DNA of 64,000 nucleotides from an uncultured Thermoleophilia bacterium (lineage in GTDB: Bacteria > Actinomycetota > Thermoleophilia > UBA2241), in assembly GCA_963777895.1 (NCBI GenBank), contig CAVZSF010000005.1, positions 1,159,949 to 1,223,948 of the forward strand, read 5' to 3'. Below, one piece after another: positions 49,701 to 60,057 of the stretch. Both the position numbers and the translations under genes were made by a program. Under the pieces are notes generated by a model. That model made no database searches, had not been told where the DNA came from, and was given only the letters and a program-made list of their open reading frames with translations. Each line of letters begins with the position of its first letter. The first letter of the stretch is position 1.

Positions 49701-50303
49701 GTGGCAGAGATCACGGCGACACTGGTGAAGGAGCTCCGCGACAAGAGCGGGGCCGGCATGATGGACTGCAAGAAGGCGCTCACCAAGACGGAGGGCGACC
49801 TCGAGAAGGCCATGGACGAGCTGCGCAAGCAGGGTCTGGCCATGGCCCAGAAGAAGAGCTCGCGCGTCACCAAGGAAGGCGCGGTCGACTCGTACATCCA
49901 CATGGGCGGCAAGATCGGCGTCCTCGTGGAGGTCGGGGTCGAGACCGACTTCGTGGCGCGCAGCGAGCAGTTCAGGCAGTTCACGCACGAGCTGGCGATG
50001 CACGTCGCGGCCGCGTTCCCCAAGTGGGTCACGCGCGACGAGGTGCCGGCAGAGGTCGTCGAGCGCGAGAAGGCGATCTACGCCGAGCAGGTCCAGGGCA
50101 AGCCCGAGAACATCGTCGAGAAGATCGTCGCCGGCAAGCTCGACAAGTTCTACGCTGAGGTCTGCCTCATGGAGCAGCCCTTCGTGAAGGATCCGGACCG
50201 GACGATCGAGCAGGTGCGCACCGACCTCGTCGGCGTCATCGGCGAGAACGTCGAGGTCAGGCGCTTCGCCCGGTTCCAGTTGGGCGAGACCGTCCAGGCC
50301 TGA
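49701..50303 (+). CDS. tsf: Elongation factor Ts
   Basis: The protein contains [24 protein letters not shown]. Confidence 0.9.
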   Translation: MAEITATLVKELRDKSGAGMMDCKKALTKTEGDLEKAMDELRKQGLAMAQKKSSRVTKEGAVDSYIHMGGKIGVLVEVGVETDFVARSEQFRQFTHELAMHVAAAFPKWVTRDEVPAEVVEREKAIYAEQVQGKPENIVEKIVAGKLDKFYAEVCLMEQPFVKDPDRTIEQVRTDLVGVIGENVEVRRFARFQLGETVQA

Positions 50304-50308
50304 CGGCG

Positions 50309-51067
50309 ATGGAAGGCGGCATCCCCTCAGAGAGCGCCTTCCGCCGCGTCCTCCTCAAGCTGAGCGGTCAGGCGCTGGGCGGCGGCGATTCCGCCGCCGC
50401 CCGCGCCATCGACCCGCACGTCACCGCCGAGATCGGGTCCTACATCGGCAAGGCGCGTGCGCTTGGCGTGGACGTCGCCGTCGTGGTGGGCGGCGGCAAC
50501 ATCTTCCGCGGCATGGCCGCCGCCACCGGCGGCATGGACCGCACGACCGGCGACCACATCGGCATGCTGGCCACCGTGCAGAACGCGCTGGCGCTCCAGG
50601 ACGCCCTGGAGGACCAGGGCGTGGACACGCGCGTGATGAGCGCCATCGAGATCCGCGCCGTCTGCGAGCCCTACATCCGGCGGCGCGCCATCCGCCACCT
50701 CGAGAAAGGCCGCGTCGTGATCTGTGCCGGCGGCACCGGCAACCCGTACTTCAGCACCGACTCCGCTGCCGCCCTGCGCGCGCTGGAACTCGAATGCGAC
50801 GCCATCCTCATGGCCAAGCGCGGGTACGACGGCGTGTTCGACGCCGACCCCGAGCTCGTGCCCGACGCGCGTTTCATCCCCGAGATCACGCACCTCGAGG
50901 CGATCGAGCGCGGCCTGCGGGTCATGGACACGACCGCCCTGAGCCTCTGCATGGACAATCTCATGCCGATCCACGTCTTCAAGATGTCGGGCGACAACAT
51001 CGTCCGCATCCTGTCGGGCGAACGCATCGGCACCGTCGTGAGGACCGTGGCGCCGCAGGGCTCGTAG
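50309..51067 (+). CDS. pyrH: UMP kinase
   Basis: The protein contains RVLLKLSGQAL, VVGGGNIFRG and GTGNPYFSTDSAAALRA. Confidence 0.9.
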   Translation: MEGGIPSESAFRRVLLKLSGQALGGGDSAAARAIDPHVTAEIGSYIGKARALGVDVAVVVGGGNIFRGMAAATGGMDRTTGDHIGMLATVQNALALQDALEDQGVDTRVMSAIEIRAVCEPYIRRRAIRHLEKGRVVICAGGTGNPYFSTDSAAALRALELECDAILMAKRGYDGVFDADPELVPDARFIPEITHLEAIERGLRVMDTTALSLCMDNLMPIHVFKMSGDNIVRILSGERIGTVVRTVAPQGS

Positions 51068-51174
51068 GCGCGGGACGGCGCCTCGAGGCGACGGCGCCGC
51101 AGGACCGGCCGCGTGCGGCGCCGTGGTAGGCTTCGCCCGAACGCTGGGCTCCGAGCTTCGAGAGGGAGGACGCG

Positions 51175-51732
51175 GTGGAGAAAGAGCTGCTCGACGACGC
51201 GAAGCACCGCATGGACAAAGCGGTCGTGACGGTCAACACGGAGTTCAACTCGGTGCGCAGCGGGCGCGCCAGCGTGGGCTTGCTGGACCGCGTCCATGTC
51301 GACTACTACGGGACGTCCACGCCGCTGCGGCAGCTCGCCAACATCGCCGCACCGGAGCCTCGCCTCCTCACCGTCCAGCCTTACGACAAGAGCGCGATGC
51401 GCGCCATCGAGAAGGCCATCATGGAGTCAGATCTGGGGCTGAACCCCAGCAACGACGGCTCCGTCATCCGGCTGCCCGTGCCGGCCCTCACCGAGGAACG
51501 CCGCCACGACCTCGTGAAGCTGGTGCACCGGCTCGCCGAGGACGGCAAGGTCGCGGTCCGCAGCGTGCGGCGCGACTGCATGAAGGATCTCAAAGAGCTC
51601 GTCCACGAGGGCGAGGTCGGCGAGGACGCCGAGAAGCGCGCCGAAGAACAGCTCCAGAAGCTTACCGACGAGCACACCCACCGCATCGACGAGCTCGTCA
51701 AGAAGAAGGAAGCCGAGATCCTCGAGGTGTGA
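51175..51732 (+). CDS. frr: Ribosome recycling factor
   Basis: The protein contains VRSGRASVGLLDRVHVDYYG. Confidence 0.9.
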   Translation: MEKELLDDAKHRMDKAVVTVNTEFNSVRSGRASVGLLDRVHVDYYGTSTPLRQLANIAAPEPRLLTVQPYDKSAMRAIEKAIMESDLGLNPSNDGSVIRLPVPALTEERRHDLVKLVHRLAEDGKVAVRSVRRDCMKDLKELVHEGEVGEDAEKRAEEQLQKLTDEHTHRIDELVKKKEAEILEV

Positions 51733-51804
51733 GGACGGGCGGGGCAGCGCCGCAGGCGCTGCGGAGCCCGTCGCCATCGCCCCCGATCGCGGCCCACCCC
51801 ACTG

Positions 51805-52674
51805 ATGCCCGACGCCGACATACCCGCCCGTGGGGCCGGCCGCCCCGGCCGGGTGCGGCGCAACCTCAAGCTCGCGCGCCTGAAGGGCACCGCCGAGCCT
51901 GCGGCGGGCGGCGCCCAGTGCAAGTACCTCGCCATCATCATGGACGGCAACGGCCGCTGGGCGCAGAAACGGCGCCTGCCCGTGGCCGCCGGCCACAAGG
52001 CAGGCGCCAAGGCGCTGCGCCGCATCCTCGAGCACGCCCTCGACCTCGAAGTCAAAGAAGTCACGGCCTACGCCTTCAGCACCGAGAACTGGAGCCGGCC
52101 CGAGGACGAGGTCCACGCCTTGATGGACCTCTTCATCGAGCAGATCGAGTCGCAGGTGCCCGACATGCACGAGCGCGGCGCCCGCATCCGCTTCGTCGGG
52201 CGCCGCGAGGGTGTGCCGCCCGCCCTGATCGACCGCATCGAGACCGCTGAGGCGCTCACCGGCGCGAACGAGCGCCTCACCCTGTTCATCGCATTCAATT
52301 ACGGCGGCCGCCAGGAGCTGCTGGACGCGGCCGCCGCCCTCGCGCGCGAGTGGGCGGCCGCCCACGGCCGCGAGCGGGGAGAGGCCGGATGGCGCGCGGC
52401 CGGGGAGGAGGCTCACGCGGGCGAGGCCTGGAGCGGTGTGCCCACGTTCGTAGCCGAGGACCTGCACCGTCACCTCTACGCGCCCGACATGCACGACCCG
52501 GAGCTGCTGATCCGCACCTCGGGCGAGCTGCGCATCTCGAACTTCCTGCTGTGGCAGCTGGCCTACTCCGAGCTCTACTTCAGCGACAAGCTCTGGCCCG
52601 ACTTCGACGAGGCCGACCTGGACGCGGCGCTGGAGGAATACGCGCGCCGCCAGCGCCGCTTCGGGGCGCGCTGA
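51805..52674 (+). CDS. uppS: Undecaprenyl diphosphate synthase (isoprenyl transferase)
   Basis: The protein contains AIIMDGNGRWA, FSTENWSRP and RTSGELRISNFLLWQ. Confidence 0.9.
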   Translation: MPDADIPARGAGRPGRVRRNLKLARLKGTAEPAAGGAQCKYLAIIMDGNGRWAQKRRLPVAAGHKAGAKALRRILEHALDLEVKEVTAYAFSTENWSRPEDEVHALMDLFIEQIESQVPDMHERGARIRFVGRREGVPPALIDRIETAEALTGANERLTLFIAFNYGGRQELLDAAAALAREWAAAHGRERGEAGWRAAGEEAHAGEAWSGVPTFVAEDLHRHLYAPDMHDPELLIRTSGELRISNFLLWQLAYSELYFSDKLWPDFDEADLDAALEEYARRQRRFGAR

Positions 52675-52720
52675 TGAGCGCGCGTATCGGGAAGGCAGAG
52701 CGGACGACGCCCCTCGAGGC

Positions 52721-53545
52721 GTGCCTCAGCCGCGCGGGCGCGCGTTGATGGGCACGCGCATCGTCACGGGCGTCGTCCTTGCCGTTCTCGCTTTCGCGCT
52801 CGTGAACCGCGGCGGCGCCGTCTACTTCGCCGTGATGGCCGCGCTCGCCGTCCTCTCGCTCAACGAGTTCTACCGGCTGCTGCGGATGTACAAGCCGGTG
52901 CCGCTGGTGGGCTTCGCGGCGCTCGGCCTCGTGCTCGCGGCGGCGCAGTGGGGCAGCCCGCAGCTCGTGCTGGGCGCGCTCGCCGCCGGCCTCGCCCTCT
53001 CGGGCATCGCCGGCATGCTGATCGGCCCCAGGCCGGGCGTGACGGTGCGCATCGCCGTGACGTTCGCCGGCATCGCCTACATCGGCCTCGGCTTCGCTGC
53101 GCTGCTGCTGATCCGCCTCATCGAGCCTTCGGGCGATTGGATTACCGCGATGGTCATCTTCGGCGCCTGGGGTGGCGACACGCTCGCCTACTTCACGGGC
53201 AAGTGGTTCGGGGCGACGCCCATGACGCCGAAGCTCTCTCCCAAGAAGACGTGGGAGGGCTTCCTCGGGGGCCTCATCGGGACCGTCCTCATCGTGGTCG
53301 GCATCGGCCTGTGGGCCAGCGATGCCGTGATCCCCGGAGCCGGTGAGCGCCTGCTGCTGGGCCTGGTCATCGGTGCGGTGGGGCCGCTCGGCGACCTCTT
53401 CGAAAGCCTGCTGAAACGCGACGTGCAGATCAAGGACTCGGGACGGGGCCTGCCCGGCCACGGCGGCATCCTCGACCGCTTCGACGCGCTGATCTGGGCG
53501 GCGGTGGCCTCGTACTATCTGCTCACCGCCGTCCTCGGCTTCTAG
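52721..53545 (+). CDS. cdsA: Phosphatidate cytidylyltransferase
   Basis: It is a polytopic membrane protein with the C-terminal motif GRGLPGHGGILDRFD. It ends with TAG. Confidence 0.85.
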   Translation: MPQPRGRALMGTRIVTGVVLAVLAFALVNRGGAVYFAVMAALAVLSLNEFYRLLRMYKPVPLVGFAALGLVLAAAQWGSPQLVLGALAAGLALSGIAGMLIGPRPGVTVRIAVTFAGIAYIGLGFAALLLIRLIEPSGDWITAMVIFGAWGGDTLAYFTGKWFGATPMTPKLSPKKTWEGFLGGLIGTVLIVVGIGLWASDAVIPGAGERLLLGLVIGAVGPLGDLFESLLKRDVQIKDSGRGLPGHGGILDRFDALIWAAVASYYLLTAVLGF

Positions 53546-53546
53546 C

Positions 53547-54479
53547 GTGAGCCGCGTGCTCGTGACCGGCGGCGCCGGCTTCATCGGCTCGCACGTGGTG
53601 CGCACCCTCCTCGATCGCGGCGACGCGGTCGTCGTGCTCGACGACCTGAGCAGCGGCCGCCGCGAGAACCTGCCCCTCGCCGACGTGGAGCTCCACGTCG
53701 GCGACGTGCGGGACGACGCGGCGGCGGCCGCGGCGCTCGCCGGGTGCGAGGGCGTCGTCCACCTGGCCGCGATCGCCTCGGTGGCGCGATCCGTCGAGGA
53801 TCCCGTGGGCACCGGCAGCGTGACCCACGGTGGCACCGTCAACATGGCGCTTCAGTCGCTGGCGGCCGGCGTGCGGCGCTTCGTGTTGGCTTCGTCCTGC
53901 GCCGTGTACGGCGACACGGCGGCGCTCCCGATCCTCGAGAGCGCGCCGCCGCGGCCGCTCTCGCCGTACGCCTTCAGCAAGCTGATGTCCGAACGGACGT
54001 GCGCGGGGTTGCGGGAGGAGCTCGGTGTCGTCGTGCTGCGCTTCTTCAACGTCTTCGGGCCACGCCAGGACCCCTCGTCGGAGTACTCCGGTGTGATCGC
54101 GCGTTTCTTGGCGGCAGCCGTGGCCGCGGAGGGCGTCACCGTCTACGGCGACGGCCGCCAGACCCGGGACTTCGTGGCCGTCGCCGATGTGACGCGCGCC
54201 GTCCTGCTGGCGCTCGACGGTGCGCGCCTCGACGAGGCGCCTGTGCTCAACGTGGGCAGCGGCCGCGAGACCAGCGTGCTCGACCTGCTGGCGGCCTGTC
54301 GCCGCGTGACGGGCGCCGCCCTGCCGGCGGCGCACACGGAGCGGCGCGCCGGCGACATCGTCGCCTCGTGCGCCGCCATCGGCGCCGCCGCCGACCGTCT
54401 CGGCTACACACCCCGTGTGAGCCTCGAGGAGGGCCTCAGGAGGACCTACGACTGGGATGTGGGGAATCCGGGCCGTTGA
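53547..54479 (+). CDS. NAD-dependent epimerase/dehydratase (GalE-like extended SDR)
   Basis: The protein contains VLVTGGAGFIGSHV and a YxxxK motif. It occupies the position where dxr normally sits, between cdsA and ispG. Confidence 0.75.
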   Translation: MSRVLVTGGAGFIGSHVVRTLLDRGDAVVVLDDLSSGRRENLPLADVELHVGDVRDDAAAAAALAGCEGVVHLAAIASVARSVEDPVGTGSVTHGGTVNMALQSLAAGVRRFVLASSCAVYGDTAALPILESAPPRPLSPYAFSKLMSERTCAGLREELGVVVLRFFNVFGPRQDPSSEYSGVIARFLAAAVAAEGVTVYGDGRQTRDFVAVADVTRAVLLALDGARLDEAPVLNVGSGRETSVLDLLAACRRVTGAALPAAHTERRAGDIVASCAAIGAAADRLGYTPRVSLEEGLRRTYDWDVGNPGR

Positions 54480-54669
54480 GCGCCGCCCCGGCGCTCTGAC
54501 GCGCTTCTCGGCGCTCTGACGTCCTCCACGCTCGTACGACACCGTCTCTGTCGCCGTCACTATCGCGTTTGCCCCTCCGGCGGGTGGCGTGCGCTCGCCG
54601 GGGGGCCCCTTCGAGGCGCCAGCGTGTCCCCGGGCGGTGCACCCCCTCTCAGCCTGCTAAGCTGGTCCC

Positions 54670-55767
54670 GTGAGCAGCGTGCGTCAGATCAGCGTCGGGA
54701 GCGTCCTCATCGGAGGCGGCGCCCCCGTGGTCGTGCAGTCCATGACGTGCACGCCGACCGGCGACGCCGAGGCGACCGGCGCCCAGGTGCGGGCCTTGGC
54801 GGCCGCGGGCTGCGAGCTCGTCAGAGTGAGTCTGCCGGCGGCCGAGGACGTGCCCGCTTTCGCCGCCGTCGTGAAGCAGTCGCCCGTCCCCATCATCGCC
54901 GACATCCACTTCGACTGGCGCCTGGCGCTCGCGGCGCTCGAAGCCGACGCCGCCGGCGTGCGCTTCAACCCCGGCACGCTCAGCGAGAAGCACGTGCTCG
55001 AGATCGTGCAGGAGGCCGGCAGGCGCAAGGCCGCCGTGCGCATCGGGGTCAATGCCGGCTCGCTGCCGCGCGAGCTGCGCGGCCGTGCCGAGACCGACCC
55101 GATCGGCGCGCTCGCCGAGGCGGCGGTCACCTGGGTGCACCGCTTCGAAGACTGGGGCGCCGGAGACTTCAAAGTGAGCGTGAAGAGCTCGAGCGTGACC
55201 GACACGATCGCCGCCTACCGCATCCTGGCGGGAAGGGCCCCCGACGGGAGCGTCGCCGGCGAGCCCCTCATCGAGGCGCCCCTGCATGTGGGCGTGACCG
55301 AGGCGGGCACGGTGTGGAGCGGCGCCATCAAGAGTGCCGTGGGCATCGGGACACTGCTCGCCGAGGGCATCGGCGACACGATCCGCGTCTCGCTGACCGG
55401 CGACCCGGTGGAGGAGGTCCGGGCGGCGTGGACGATCCTGGCCGCGCTCGACTTGCGCCGGCGCGGCCCCGACGTGATCTCGTGCCCGACCTGCTCGCGC
55501 ACCGAGATCGACATCGTCACCCTGGCCAATGAGGTCGAGCGTCGCCTGGCGGCCGACCCGAGGCTGGCCGAGCGCCCGTTCACGGTCGCCGTCATGGGCT
55601 GCCGCGTGAACGGGCCCGAAGAGGCCAAGCACGCCGACTACGGCATCGCCGCGGGCAGCGGCGAAGGGGTGCTGTTCGACCACGGCGAGCGCGTGGCGAC
55701 GGTGCCCGAGGACGGCCTGCTGGAGGCGCTCTTCGAGCGCATCGAGCAGGCCGTCACCGCGGACTGA
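54670..55767 (+). CDS. ispG: 4-hydroxy-3-methylbut-2-en-1-yl diphosphate synthase
   Basis: The protein contains VQSMTCT, an [4Fe-4S] cluster motif CPTCSRTE and C-terminal VAVMGCRVNGPEE. Confidence 0.9.
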   Translation: MSSVRQISVGSVLIGGGAPVVVQSMTCTPTGDAEATGAQVRALAAAGCELVRVSLPAAEDVPAFAAVVKQSPVPIIADIHFDWRLALAALEADAAGVRFNPGTLSEKHVLEIVQEAGRRKAAVRIGVNAGSLPRELRGRAETDPIGALAEAAVTWVHRFEDWGAGDFKVSVKSSSVTDTIAAYRILAGRAPDGSVAGEPLIEAPLHVGVTEAGTVWSGAIKSAVGIGTLLAEGIGDTIRVSLTGDPVEEVRAAWTILAALDLRRRGPDVISCPTCSRTEIDIVTLANEVERRLAADPRLAERPFTVAVMGCRVNGPEEAKHADYGIAAGSGEGVLFDHGERVATVPEDGLLEALFERIEQAVTAD

Positions 55768-55822
55768 GGGCCGGGCGATCACCCACCCACGCTCCGTCCC
55801 CGCCGTGCGGTAGTATCCCTGC

Positions 55823-57142
55823 ATGGCACGGCCGTTCCGCTTCATCCACGCCGCCGATCTCCACCTCGACACCCCCTGTGAGGGCGTCGTGCAGCCGGCG
55901 GCCGGGGCGAGGGCCGGCGAGGTGGCCGACGCGGCGGCGATCACGACTGCCCTGCGCGACGCCTCGCTTCAGGCTTGGGACGCGCTGGTGCGCTTCACCC
56001 TCGATGCCGATGCGGCCTTCCTCCTGCTTGCCGGCGACATCTACGACGGCGCCGAACGGTCGCCGCGGGCCCAGTTGCGCTTCCATGCCGGCCTCGTCGA
56101 GGTTGCAGCGGCCGGCTGCCAGGTCTTCGTCGTCCACGGCAACCACGACCCGATGCACGGGGCGCGCGGCTGGTCAGCCATCCACGACTGGCCTGCGGGC
56201 GTCACCGTGTTCGATCCGGGGGCGGTGAGCTGTGTGCCCGTGCAGGTCGATGGGCAGCAGGTGGCGCTCATCCAGGGCGTGAGCTACGAGCAGCGCGACA
56301 CGACGCAGAACCTGGCGCGCCTCTTCCATCGGGCCGAGGGCCCCGGCCTGCAGGTCGGCTTGCTGCACGCCAACGTCGGGGCGCAGAGCGGCCATCAGCC
56401 CTACGCGCCGTGCGCGCTCGGCGACCTCGAGGCGGCCGACCTCGACTACTGGGCGCTGGGTCATATCCACAAGCGGCAGACGCTGCGCGACGGCGGTCCG
56501 TGGGCCGTGTACCCGGGCAACACGCAGGGGCGCAGTGTCAAGCCGAGCGAGACGGGCGCCAAGGGCGCTTTGCTCGTCGAGGTCGACGGCAGCGTGCAAG
56601 ACATGCGCTTCCACGAGCTCGACTGCGTGCGCTTCGTCAACGACACGGTGGACGTGTCAGAGGCGGGCGAGGTCGTCGAACTGCAGGAGGCTCTCGCCGG
56701 CAAGCTCGACGACCTCCAGGCGGCCAACAATGGTCGCGGCCTCGTGGTGCGCCTCACCCTCAGCGGAACGCCGAGCATTGCCGGCGACCTGCGACGCGAC
56801 GCCCACGGGCTCGAAGACGTTCTCGGCTACCTGCGCGAGCAGTATCAAGGCCGCGAGCCGTTCGTCTGGGTCGAGTCGCTGCGCGACGGGCTGAAGACAC
56901 CGCTCGACCGCGAGGCGCTGCGTCTGCGCGAAGACCTGGTGGGCGAGCTTGCGCGCCGGGCGGAGGGCATGGGCGACGAGCCGGCCGCCCGCGCCGACTT
57001 CGTCGTGCGGGCGGCCGGCCTCCTCGACCAGCCCAAGATCCGGCGCGCGCTCGCCGCCACCGAGCCCGACGATCCGGCCGGCGTGCTCGACGAGGCGCTC
57101 GAGCTGGCGCTCGACCTGCTCGTGACAGGGGACGAGGCGTGA
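55823..57142 (+). CDS. SbcD/Mre11-like DNA repair exonuclease (calcineurin-like phosphoesterase; YhaO/SbcF-like)
   Basis: The protein contains FIHAADLHLD, VFVVHGNHD and GHIH. It is preceded by the -10-like element GGTAGTAT only about 8 nt upstream, suggesting a leaderless transcript. Confidence 0.75.
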   Translation: MARPFRFIHAADLHLDTPCEGVVQPAAGARAGEVADAAAITTALRDASLQAWDALVRFTLDADAAFLLLAGDIYDGAERSPRAQLRFHAGLVEVAAAGCQVFVVHGNHDPMHGARGWSAIHDWPAGVTVFDPGAVSCVPVQVDGQQVALIQGVSYEQRDTTQNLARLFHRAEGPGLQVGLLHANVGAQSGHQPYAPCALGDLEAADLDYWALGHIHKRQTLRDGGPWAVYPGNTQGRSVKPSETGAKGALLVEVDGSVQDMRFHELDCVRFVNDTVDVSEAGEVVELQEALAGKLDDLQAANNGRGLVVRLTLSGTPSIAGDLRRDAHGLEDVLGYLREQYQGREPFVWVESLRDGLKTPLDREALRLREDLVGELARRAEGMGDEPAARADFVVRAAGLLDQPKIRRALAATEPDDPAGVLDEALELALDLLVTGDEA

Positions 57143-59970
57143 TCGTCCGGGGCTGGCGTGTGGATGGCTTCGGCGTCCTCCACGACCTCGAGGTCGACGG
57201 GCTCGAGCCCGGCGTCACCGTCGTCCTCGGCCCCAACGAGGCCGGCAAGAGCACGCTGCTCGCCTTCCTGCGCGGCGTCCTCTTCGCCTTCCCGCGGGGC
57301 AACACCACCGAACGCAAGTACCCGCCGCTCAAGGGCGGCCGCCACGGCGGCGATGTCCTGCTGCAAGACGAGGAGGCTGGCGTCTGGACGGTGCGGCGCC
57401 ATCTCGACCCGCAGGAGCTCATGGTCCTCCGTCCCGACGGCACGCCTGCCGACGAACGCCACCTCACGGCCCTCTTCGGCGGCGTCGACCGCGGCGTCTT
57501 TGCGAAGATCTTCGCCTTCAGCACCAAAGAGCTCGAGGGCTTCGGCGGCCTCGACGACGAGGAGGTCAGCCACAAGATCTTCTCCGGTGGCATGGAGGGC
57601 GCCGGCGTCACGGCGCGCGACGCCATGAAGCAGCTCGACGACCGCATGGCGACGCTCGTCAAGCAGCGGCGCGGCGAGGCCGTGATCAACGACCTCGCCC
57701 GCGAGATCGAGGACGCCGAGCAGCGGCTGCGTGAGGCCGAGAACGAAGCTCTGCGGTACGACGACCTGCAGCGCTGCGAAGACGAGGCGGCGGCCGAGGC
57801 GGCCCGGCTCGAGGACGAGCTCGGCCGCCTCCGCCGCCGCAAGGGACGCCTCGAGGCGCTGCTCGAACTGCGACCCGACTGGGATGAGCGAGACAGCCTG
57901 CTGGCGGAGCTCGCCGGGCTGCCCCGCATCGACGATCCGGCGGTCGAGGCCGGCGTCGAGGGGCTCGCCGGCGAGCTCAAGGAACAGACCGGACGCGAGG
58001 AGGACCTGCCGGACCTCGAAGCGGCGCGGCGTGAGGCGCGCAACGGTCTCGACGACCGCCTGAGGCATCTGGGAGACGACTGGAGCGAGGAGCGCGTGCG
58101 CACCTTTGACGCGTCGCTGGCCGAGCGCGACGCCGTGCGCGGCTGGAAGCAGCGGCTCGACACGGCAGCGGACGAGGTCAAGGACGCGCAGGGAGTGGAC
58201 GAGCGAGCCGCCCGGGCGGCGGCCGATGCGGCCGCCGCCGTCGAGCGGCTCGCCGCCGCGACGCCCGCCGCCGAGCCACCCAGCGCCGCCGAGCTCGATC
58301 GCCGCGACGCGCTGCTCACGAGCCTGAAGGCCGACGTGGGCCGCCTCGGCTCTCTCGAGCTGCAGGCGGCCTATGCGGTCCCAGCCGCGAGCGCCGGCCG
58401 CAGCGTTGTGCCGGCCATCGTGCTCGGCGCTGCGCTCGGCCTCGCGGGCGTCGTCGCACTCGTCCTGGGGCAGCCATGGACGGCCGGCGCGTTGTGGCTC
58501 GGCGCCGCGGTCGTCGCGATCGTGGCGCTGGCCATGAGGCCGCGCTCGCCGTCGACGGCGGCCGGTGGCGGGGCCGCGTCAAGCGCCGCCGATGACGAAG
58601 GCGCGGCGGGCCGTGTGCGCGCACAGGCTCCCGGCGGCGTGCCCGCCGACATCCGTTCGCTGCTCGCCGGGCTGCGCGCCGATATCGCCGATCGCGCCGG
58701 CGAGCTCGGCTTGCCGGCCGCGCCGTCACAGGCCGATCTCGCCGCCTGCGAGTCCTCGCTCCATGCCGAAGAGACGGCGCGACAAGGCTGGGACCGTCAC
58801 GGCGCCGATCTCGCGCGACTGCGCGAGGCGGGGGCGGCGGCCGCGCGCGAAGCCGAAGGCGCGGCGACCGCACTGAGCGCCTGCCGGGAGGCGCTGGCCG
58901 AGCTCCAGGCGCAGTGGGGCGAGTGGACTGCGAAGCGCAGCCTGGTGGGGCTGACGCCCGATGGCGTGCTCGAGGTGTTCGTCGAGGCCGACGCGGCCGC
59001 CAAGGACCTCAAGGCGTTCGAGGCGGCCGACCGCGGCCTGGCCGACGTGAGCGCCAAGGCTCGCCACTGGGCCGACCGGGCTCGGGCGGCGCTGGCGGCC
59101 GCGTCGCTGCCGGCCGAAGGCCTCGACGACGCGGCCCTGCGCGCCGCCCTCCTCAAGCTGCACGACCAGCTCGCCTTGCGCGCGGCGCACGCGAAGCGCA
59201 CCGCCGAGATCGAGCGCCAGGTGGCGCGTCGCTTCGGCGACGGCGACGAGGGCGCGACCCTGCGCGAGGAGCTCGCCGCGGGTGGCGAGGACGTCTGGCG
59301 CGATGAGCTCAGTGTGCTCGAGCGAGACAGCGGCGCCCTCGCGGCGGCGCAGCGCGCCGCCATCAAGGACGGCGCCGATGCGCAACGCGAACGCAAGCTC
59401 CTCGAAGAGTCCGGTCTGCTCGCCGATGTCCAGGCCGAGTGTGAATCGCTGCGCGCCGAGCTCGCGGCGGCGGCCCACCGCTTTCGCGTTCTGGCCGCCG
59501 CCCGCACCCTCATCGACGACACGCTGCGGGCCTACGTCCGGGCGCGCCAGCCCGAGGTCCTGCGCCGTGCCTCTGCGTACTTCAACGAGGTCACGGCCGG
59601 CAAATACCCCGACCTCCTGCAGGACGAGTCGGACCTCACCACGTGCGTCGCCGTCCATGTCTCCGATGGGGCCCGTTGCCTGGACGCGTTGAGCACGGGG
59701 ACCGCGCAGCAGCTCTACATCGCCATGCGCCTCGCCCTGGCGGCCGACTACGCGGAACGGCTCGGCCACCCACTGCCAATGATCATGGACGACTGCCTCG
59801 TGCACTTCGACGACGATCGCGCCGCGGCGATGGCGCGCCTGCTCTGTGAGTGGGCCGAAGGGGGGCAGTGCGTGCTCTTCACCTGCCGTGCCGAGACGGC
59901 GCGTCTGCTGCAGGAGGCGGGCGCTTCGCGAGTGGTCGAGCTCGGCGAGTCGGCGGCCGCGCCCGCCTGA
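57139..59970 (+). CDS. SMC-like AAA ATPase with central transmembrane helices (YhaN/SbcE-like), partner of the preceding nuclease
   Basis: The N-terminal Walker A motif (GPNEAGKST), long coiled coils, two central hydrophobic helices (VVPAIVLGAALGLAGVVALVLG, ALWLGAAVVAIVALAM) and C-terminal Walker B/D-loop (LPMIMDDCLVHFDDDR) are all present. The GTG start overlaps the upstream stop. Confidence 0.7.
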   Translation: MIVRGWRVDGFGVLHDLEVDGLEPGVTVVLGPNEAGKSTLLAFLRGVLFAFPRGNTTERKYPPLKGGRHGGDVLLQDEEAGVWTVRRHLDPQELMVLRPDGTPADERHLTALFGGVDRGVFAKIFAFSTKELEGFGGLDDEEVSHKIFSGGMEGAGVTARDAMKQLDDRMATLVKQRRGEAVINDLAREIEDAEQRLREAENEALRYDDLQRCEDEAAAEAARLEDELGRLRRRKGRLEALLELRPDWDERDSLLAELAGLPRIDDPAVEAGVEGLAGELKEQTGREEDLPDLEAARREARNGLDDRLRHLGDDWSEERVRTFDASLAERDAVRGWKQRLDTAADEVKDAQGVDERAARAAADAAAAVERLAAATPAAEPPSAAELDRRDALLTSLKADVGRLGSLELQAAYAVPAASAGRSVVPAIVLGAALGLAGVVALVLGQPWTAGALWLGAAVVAIVALAMRPRSPSTAAGGGAASSAADDEGAAGRVRAQAPGGVPADIRSLLAGLRADIADRAGELGLPAAPSQADLAACESSLHAEETARQGWDRHGADLARLREAGAAAAREAEGAATALSACREALAELQAQWGEWTAKRSLVGLTPDGVLEVFVEADAAAKDLKAFEAADRGLADVSAKARHWADRARAALAAASLPAEGLDDAALRAALLKLHDQLALRAAHAKRTAEIERQVARRFGDGDEGATLREELAAGGEDVWRDELSVLERDSGALAAAQRAAIKDGADAQRERKLLEESGLLADVQAECESLRAELAAAAHRFRVLAAARTLIDDTLRAYVRARQPEVLRRASAYFNEVTAGKYPDLLQDESDLTTCVAVHVSDGARCLDALSTGTAQQLYIAMRLALAADYAERLGHPLPMIMDDCLVHFDDDRAAAMARLLCEWAEGGQCVLFTCRAETARLLQEAGASRVVELGESAAAPA

Positions 59971-60057
59971 GCGGGCCCGGCGCCGCGACCGCCCGAGCGA
60001 CCGCCGCTACCGGGACCTACGCCGCGCCCGCCTCACGGCGGCTCCCGGCAAATCGCC

